A stretch of DNA of 64,000 bases from Nibricoccus sp. Lineage in GTDB: Bacteria; Verrucomicrobiota; Verrucomicrobiia; Opitutales; Opitutaceae. Within the stretch, counting starts at the first letter, position 1, and the number at the start of each line of letters is the position of its first letter. The position numbers were made by a program, and so were the translations under genes. Of the stretch, positions 58,952-64,000 are shown in pieces. Under the pieces are notes generated by a model. It was given only the letters and a program-made list of their open reading frames with translations, had not been told where the DNA came from and ran no database searches. Where the stretch lies: NCBI GenBank assembly GCA_047602425.1, contig JASGHG010000001.1, forward strand, positions 4,768,001-4,832,000, given 5' to 3'.

Positions 58952-61789
58952 ATGAAGTCCCTTGTCATCGCCGAGAAACCCTCCGTCGCAGCCGATCTAG
59001 CACGGGCCCTCGGCAAAATACCAAAGAAAGGCGACCACTTTGAAAACGACGAGTACGTGATCTCGTCGGCCGTCGGTCATTTGGTGGAGCTCCTCATGCC
59101 GGAGGATATCGACAAGAAGAAATACGGTTTCTGGCGTCTTGAGACGCTCCCGATCATTCCGGAAAAATTTGAACTCAAACCCATCGAGGCTTCCAAGGAG
59201 CGCTTCACCGCGTTGAAAAAACTCCTCGCCCGAAAAGACATCGACCAGGTCATCAACGCCTGTGACGCCGGGCGCGAGGGTGAACTCATTTTCGCCTATC
59301 TATATCAGCTGACGAAATCGAAGCTCCCGGTGAAACGCGCCTGGATGCAGACGATGACCACCGGCGGTATTCAAGAGGCGTTCAAGAATCTCCGCGATGG
59401 TTCGCAGATGGCTGGCCTCGCCGATGCTGCGCGTTGCCGCAGCGAGAGCGACTGGCTCATCGGCATCAACGGCACGCGTGCGATCACCAAGCGCATGTTC
59501 GGCTCCCGCGCCGGCAACGTCGCCAGCGTCGGTCGCGTGCAAACCCCCACGCTCGCCATCGTCTTCGCCCGCGAGTTGGAAATTCGTAATTTCAAGCCCC
59601 GCGGTTACTGGCGCATCACCGCCAACTTCGAAGTCGCGAAAGGCCGCTACGAAGGCGTTTATCAGCGCGCCAATTTCAAGAAGGCCGAGAACGACGATCA
59701 GGACCGCATCGATCGCATTTGGGACAAATCCGTCGCCGACGCCGTCATGGCCGCCTGTCAGGGCCAACCACCCGCCGTCGTCACCGAAGAAAAGAAGGCC
59801 ACGACACAGGCTTCGCCTCGCCTCTACGACCTGACCACGCTGCAACGCGAGGCCAACAATCGTTTCGGCCTGCCCGCCCGCCGTACGCTTCAGATCGCGC
59901 AAGCGCTCTACGAGCGGCACAAGATGATCACTTATCCGCGTACCGATTCCCGCGCGTTGCCCGAGGACTACATTCCCACGGTGAAACAAACCATGGGGCA
60001 GCTCCAAGGCGATCTCGCCGAGCACGCGCAAAAGGCTCTGGCAGAAGGTTGGGTAAAGCCGAACAAACGCATTTTCAACAACGCCCAGATCTCCGACCAC
60101 TTCGCCATCATCCCGACGGGCACCGAGTACAAAAATCTCGATGAGATGGAAGCGAAGGTCTTCGACATGATCGCGCGCCGTTTCATCGCCGCGTTTTATC
60201 CGGCAGCCGAATTCGACGTCACGACGCGCATCAGCACCGTCGCAGGCGAACACCAGTTCAAGACCGAAGGCAAAGTCCTCACGTTTGCCGGCTGGCTCGC
60301 GGTTTACGGCAAGAGCGTTGCCGCCGCGCAGGAAACCGGCGCACCGATGCCAACCGAAGGCGCGGACAACAATAAAGTATTGCCGCCGCTTTCCTCCGCC
60401 GACGGACAACCCGCGAAGGCAAAAACCGTTTCCGCCGAACTCCACAGCGAGACGACCAAGCCACCCCCGCGCTACACGGAAGCCACGCTGCTCTCCGCGA
60501 TGGAAGGCGCCGGCAAACTCGTCGACGACGAAGAACTCGCCGAAGCGATGAAGGAACGCGGTCTCGGTACGCCCGCCACTCGCGCCGACACGATCGACGG
60601 CCTGATCAATCAGAAATACATGGAGCGCTTGCAACGCGAACTCGCTCCTACCACCAAGGCCGAATCGCTGCTGGAATTTCTCACCGCCATCAAGGCCGAG
60701 GAGTTGACCAAGCCCGACATGACCGGCCAGTGGGAGTACAAGCTCCGCCAGATGGAACACGGCAAGTTCGACCGCCCGTCGTTCATGGCGCACATTATCG
60801 AAGTCACCAAGGGCATCGTCGATCGCACAAAGAATTTCGAGGAAGACCTGTCGACGGCGCGCGTGACCGACATCCCGTCGCCAACCGACGGCAAACCGAT
60901 GCTTGAAACGCTCCGCGCCTACAAATCGCAGGATGGCGTGCTCGCGGTCTACAAGGTCATGACCGGTCGCAAACTCGACGAAGCCGAGATCCGCCAGCTC
61001 GTCACCAGCGGCGAAGTTGGACCTTTGGACGGGTTCGTTTCGCCGCGCACCGGCAACCGTTTTCCGGCCAAGCTCCGCATCATCGTCGATCCGAAGGATG
61101 AGGCGAAGAAGAAGGTCGAAATGGATTTCGGAAACAAGTTCGACATCAACGAACTCGTGCCCTTCTGGACCGACGAGAAAACCGGCGCCGAGCTCTGCGA
61201 AGCCCCGACCAGCTACGTCCTGCGCGAGCGTGAAGGCGACACATGGAAACAGGCTTTCAGCGTTGGCCGTTCGATGTGCCAGAAACCGATCACGCGCGAA
61301 CACGCCATCCAACTCGTCACCGTCGGCAAGACCGATCTCATTCAAGCTTTCATCTCGAAAAAAGGCCGGCCCTTCGACGCATTTCTTCTCCGCGCTGGCG
61401 CGAAAATCACGTGGGAATTCCCACCTCGCGCCCCGAAAGTCGGCAAGGACGGCAAAGTCAAAGAGCGCAAAGCCAAAGCGCCGCTCGACATCACGAAGGC
61501 CACGAAACTCGGTGTCAGCAAAGCTCACGACGCCGATCTTTATGAGACCGCCGACAGCTACGTCGTCGCGAAGCCGAGCGGCGCCGACAACGCGTTGCGC
61601 ACAGTCTTTGAACTCAAAAAGACGCTCTGTCAAAAGGAACTCCCGGCGGACGAAATCGTTCGCATGCTCGAAGATGGAAAGACCAATTTGATCGAAGGCT
61701 TCGTTTCGAAACGCGGCGCAAACTTCAGCGCCTACCTCACCCTTTCGAAGGACAAAAAGAAGGCCGAGTTCGAGTTTCCGCCGCGTTAA
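58952..61789 (+). CDS. topB: DNA topoisomerase III with C-terminal repeats
   Basis: IAEKPS, NACDAGREGE, GRVQTPT, ITYPRTD (catalytic Tyr), GLGTPATR; three (G/A)F(V/I)S...F.A.L C-terminal repeats. Confidence 0.92.
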   Translation: MKSLVIAEKPSVAADLARALGKIPKKGDHFENDEYVISSAVGHLVELLMPEDIDKKKYGFWRLETLPIIPEKFELKPIEASKERFTALKKLLARKDIDQVINACDAGREGELIFAYLYQLTKSKLPVKRAWMQTMTTGGIQEAFKNLRDGSQMAGLADAARCRSESDWLIGINGTRAITKRMFGSRAGNVASVGRVQTPTLAIVFARELEIRNFKPRGYWRITANFEVAKGRYEGVYQRANFKKAENDDQDRIDRIWDKSVADAVMAACQGQPPAVVTEEKKATTQASPRLYDLTTLQREANNRFGLPARRTLQIAQALYERHKMITYPRTDSRALPEDYIPTVKQTMGQLQGDLAEHAQKALAEGWVKPNKRIFNNAQISDHFAIIPTGTEYKNLDEMEAKVFDMIARRFIAAFYPAAEFDVTTRISTVAGEHQFKTEGKVLTFAGWLAVYGKSVAAAQETGAPMPTEGADNNKVLPPLSSADGQPAKAKTVSAELHSETTKPPPRYTEATLLSAMEGAGKLVDDEELAEAMKERGLGTPATRADTIDGLINQKYMERLQRELAPTTKAESLLEFLTAIKAEELTKPDMTGQWEYKLRQMEHGKFDRPSFMAHIIEVTKGIVDRTKNFEEDLSTARVTDIPSPTDGKPMLETLRAYKSQDGVLAVYKVMTGRKLDEAEIRQLVTSGEVGPLDGFVSPRTGNRFPAKLRIIVDPKDEAKKKVEMDFGNKFDINELVPFWTDEKTGAELCEAPTSYVLREREGDTWKQAFSVGRSMCQKPITREHAIQLVTVGKTDLIQAFISKKGRPFDAFLLRAGAKITWEFPPRAPKVGKDGKVKERKAKAPLDITKATKLGVSKAHDADLYETADSYVVAKPSGADNALRTVFELKKTLCQKELPADEIVRMLEDGKTNLIEGFVSKRGANFSAYLTLSKDKKKAEFEFPPR

Positions 61790-61803
61790 GCCTGTATTCA
61801 AAA

Positions 61804-61889
61804 GGTAGGGACGGCCCGCCGGGCCGTCCGGTTTTGCGCGAGCAACTCCTTAGCAACGTTGGCGGACGACCCGGCGGGTCGTCCCTACC
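61804..61889. repeat. 86-bp REPIN, copy of 55245-55330
   Basis: Same length and arms with a handful of substitutions. Confidence 0.85.
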
Positions 61890-61974
61890 CGTTGATTTCT
61901 CTTCCCACACGCTCGCGGCCTTTCGTCACAGATCGTTCGCAACTTTTCACCGGCCGACTACGTCTTGATCCGTT

Positions 61975-62982
61975 GTGAATCAACGCCTCAAAACCACCCT
62001 GCTCGTCTTTTTCGCGCTCACCACCCTCGGTACCGGCATTTTTGCCTGGCAACAAAACCGTCAGCTCCATGCGTCGAAGGCCGCGGCGACCGACTCCGAC
62101 GACTCGCTTCTCCGCAAGAAACTCGCCGACGCCGAGCATCGCGCCCATGCGTTGCAAAACGAACTCGACGCATTAAAGGCCAAACAACCGGCCGAGGTCG
62201 CCTCTGACGAACCACCCACCCCGCCCAATGAAGCCGAAGGTTTCGGCCCGCGCGGCGGACGTTTCCGCGGCGGTCCAGACAGTTTTCGCGAGATCTTCAA
62301 CGACCCCAAGGTCATGGCGCTCATGAACGCCCGCGAAAAATCCATGCTCGATCAACGCTACGCTGCGTTGTTCAAGAGCCTCATCCAAAGCGGCAAGCTC
62401 ACACCCGAGCAGGTCGAAGCGTTTAAAAACCTCATGGTCGAACGTCAGAATACGATGCGCGATATTCGCCAGTCTGCCCGCGAACAGGGGATCACTGATC
62501 GCTCACAGGTTGAGGCCCTCATGAAAAGCACCCAAGCCGAACTCGATGCCCAGTTGCAGAACACCATCGGTTCAGCCGCCTACGCCGAGTTTCAGGCCTA
62601 TGAAAAGACGGCCCCTCAGCGCAATTTCGTTAGTCAGCTCGCCCAGAGCCTTAGCTACGGCAACGCTCCCCTCAACGACGCGCAGTCTCAACAGCTCGTC
62701 GACATCCTTGCGAAGACCTCCGAAAGCAATGGCAATCGTCGTCAAGGCGGGTTCGGGGGCTTTGGGGGCGGCGGCAACATCACCGTTACCGATGCGGCCT
62801 TGACCGCGGCCGCGACCGTGCTCAATCCCACACAGCTCGCCGCGCTCGCCGAGGTTCAACGTCAGCAAAAAGCGCAGGAAGAGCTTCGCCAGCAGTTGCG
62901 GGCCGCGCGCCAGACAAACACCGGCGCCGCGCCATCAACGCCCGCCCCGAGTGGCACAAGCACGGTTAAGGTGGCCAAGTAG
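61975..62982 (+). CDS. Hypothetical membrane-anchored helical periplasmic protein
   Basis: N-terminal TM, coiled coil, LTPEQ / LNDAQ / LNPTQ helical repeats, Gly-rich linkers. Confidence 0.75.
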   Translation: MNQRLKTTLLVFFALTTLGTGIFAWQQNRQLHASKAAATDSDDSLLRKKLADAEHRAHALQNELDALKAKQPAEVASDEPPTPPNEAEGFGPRGGRFRGGPDSFREIFNDPKVMALMNAREKSMLDQRYAALFKSLIQSGKLTPEQVEAFKNLMVERQNTMRDIRQSAREQGITDRSQVEALMKSTQAELDAQLQNTIGSAAYAEFQAYEKTAPQRNFVSQLAQSLSYGNAPLNDAQSQQLVDILAKTSESNGNRRQGGFGGFGGGGNITVTDAALTAAATVLNPTQLAALAEVQRQQKAQEELRQQLRAARQTNTGAAPSTPAPSGTSTVKVAK

Positions 62983-63103
62983 CCCAACTGCTGGCTTTGC
63001 GCAGATTTTGCCATTCTATCGTACGAGTGGAAAAATACCCTTGTCGCTCGGGGGAAAGGCTAACTAGCGTCGGCCCTCGGCATACTTCTTACCTTAAACG
63101 TTT

Positions 63104-64000
63104 ATGATCGTTACAACTGCGCAACTCTTCAAACACGCCTACGGCAAATACGCCATCGGCGCTTACAACATTAACAACGCCGAACAGGCCATGGGCCTTT
63201 TCCGCGGCGCCATCGACTCGAAGGCCCCCTTCATCATCCAGATCTCGAAAGGTGCGCGCAAGTACACCGACAAGAAAATGCTTGAGGCCATCATCCGCGC
63301 TGCCGACAGCATTTTTCCGGAAGCCATTTTCGCCGTCCATCTGGACCACGGTGACGAAGAAACCTGCTACGATTGCATCAACTCCGGTTTCTACAGCTCC
63401 GTCATGATCGACGCCTCGCACGATCCGTACGAAAAGAACGTCGAGATCACCAAGCGCGTCGTCGACGCCGCCCACAAAAAGGGTATCTCCGTCGAAGCCG
63501 AACTCGGCATGCTCGGCGGCGTTGAGGAAGACGTGAAGGTCGAGGACGGCCACGCCACCCTCACCAACCCGGCCGAAGCCGAAGACTTCGTCAAGAAGAC
63601 GGGCTGCGACTCCCTCGCCTGTGCCATCGGCACCAGCCACGGCGCCTTCAAGTTCAAGGGCAAACAGTCCCTCCACTTCGACGTACTCGAAAAGATCAAG
63701 GCTCGCATGAACGGCTTCCCGCTCGTCATGCACGGTTCGTCCTCCGTTCCGCAGGATGAAGTTGCCCGCATCAACGCCGCTGGCGGCAAGATCGCCGGCT
63801 CCATGGGCGTCGACGTCAACGAATACCTGCCCGCCGCCAAGCTCGGCGTCACCAAGATCAACATCGATACCGACGGCCGCCTCGTCTGGACCCGCGTTCA
63901 CCGCGAGTTCTTCCGCGACAAGCCCTCCGAGTTCGACTTCCGTCCGCCGGGCAAGATTTACATGGAAGAATACGCGAAGTTCATCGCCAGCCGCAACAAG
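63104..64000 (+). CDS. fba: Class II fructose-bisphosphate aldolase (runs off the window)
   Basis: Not in the ORF track. Manual translation: MIVTTAQLFKHAYGKYAIGAYNINN..VHLDHG..SVMIDASH..VEAELG..AIGTSHGAFKF..LVMHGSS..KINIDTDGR. Confidence 0.93.
   Translation, partial: MIVTTAQLFKHAYGKYAIGAYNINNAEQAMGLFRGAIDSKAPFIIQISKGARKYTDKKMLEAIIRAADSIFPEAIFAVHLDHGDEETCYDCINSGFYSSVMIDASHDPYEKNVEITKRVVDAAHKKGISVEAELGMLGGVEEDVKVEDGHATLTNPAEAEDFVKKTGCDSLACAIGTSHGAFKFKGKQSLHFDVLEKIKARMNGFPLVMHGSSSVPQDEVARINAAGGKIAGSMGVDVNEYLPAAKLGVTKINIDTDGRLVWTRVHREFFRDKPSEFDFRPPGKIYMEEYAKFIASRNK

Noticed and set aside
59300..61801. 833-aa minus-strand ORF
   Set aside because: Antisense shadow of topB, expected from GC-rich codon bias; no recognisable motifs.
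63089..63901. 270-aa minus-strand ORF
   Set aside because: Antisense to fba, which the track missed because it has no stop inside the window.
63104..64000. fba as part of the DHAP-producing Dha pathway
   Set aside because: More than 45 kb away among housekeeping genes; proximity is probably coincidental.

Overview
GC-rich bacterial DNA, by my reading most like Opitutaceae (Verrucomicrobiota); this placement is inferred from protein style and was not searched. Bases 1-34.8 kb form a large glycan-utilisation locus on both sides of a LacI regulator. Its enzyme set (GH78, GH33, GH43, DUF4038/GH140-like, beta-helix/DUF6298, GH142-like, GH143-like, two GH2, SASA esterase, GH31) resembles the rhamnogalacturonan-II (RG-II) machinery of Bacteroides thetaiotaomicron. 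Three metabolic modules sit in or next to the locus. (i) Fe-ADH + DapA-like aldolase + DUF1537 kinase + PdxA2 + SSS transporter + GH143, which chemically fits a complete catabolic route for Dha via D-threonate. (ii) DapA-like + MFS + GH33, which fits Kdo use. (iii) A URO-D-type methyltransferase, Gfo oxidoreductase, GPH transporter and cytoplasmic GH31, next to a corrinoid/RACE/DUF1638/methyltransferase operon, which fits B12-dependent handling of O-methylated sugars such as 2-O-methyl-xylose. The rest holds a hybrid histidine kinase, housekeeping genes (rluD, adenosine deaminase, M29 peptidase, lpxK, panD, topB, class II fba), a soluble MCP, several GTAG-type REP/REPIN palindromes (one in-frame inside a gene), a 21-nt degenerate tandem repeat, and a three-gene attC cassette array with no integrase in the window whose last attC is cut off next to an IS110 remnant. 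All family calls come from recognising motifs in the translated sequence; no database search was run.
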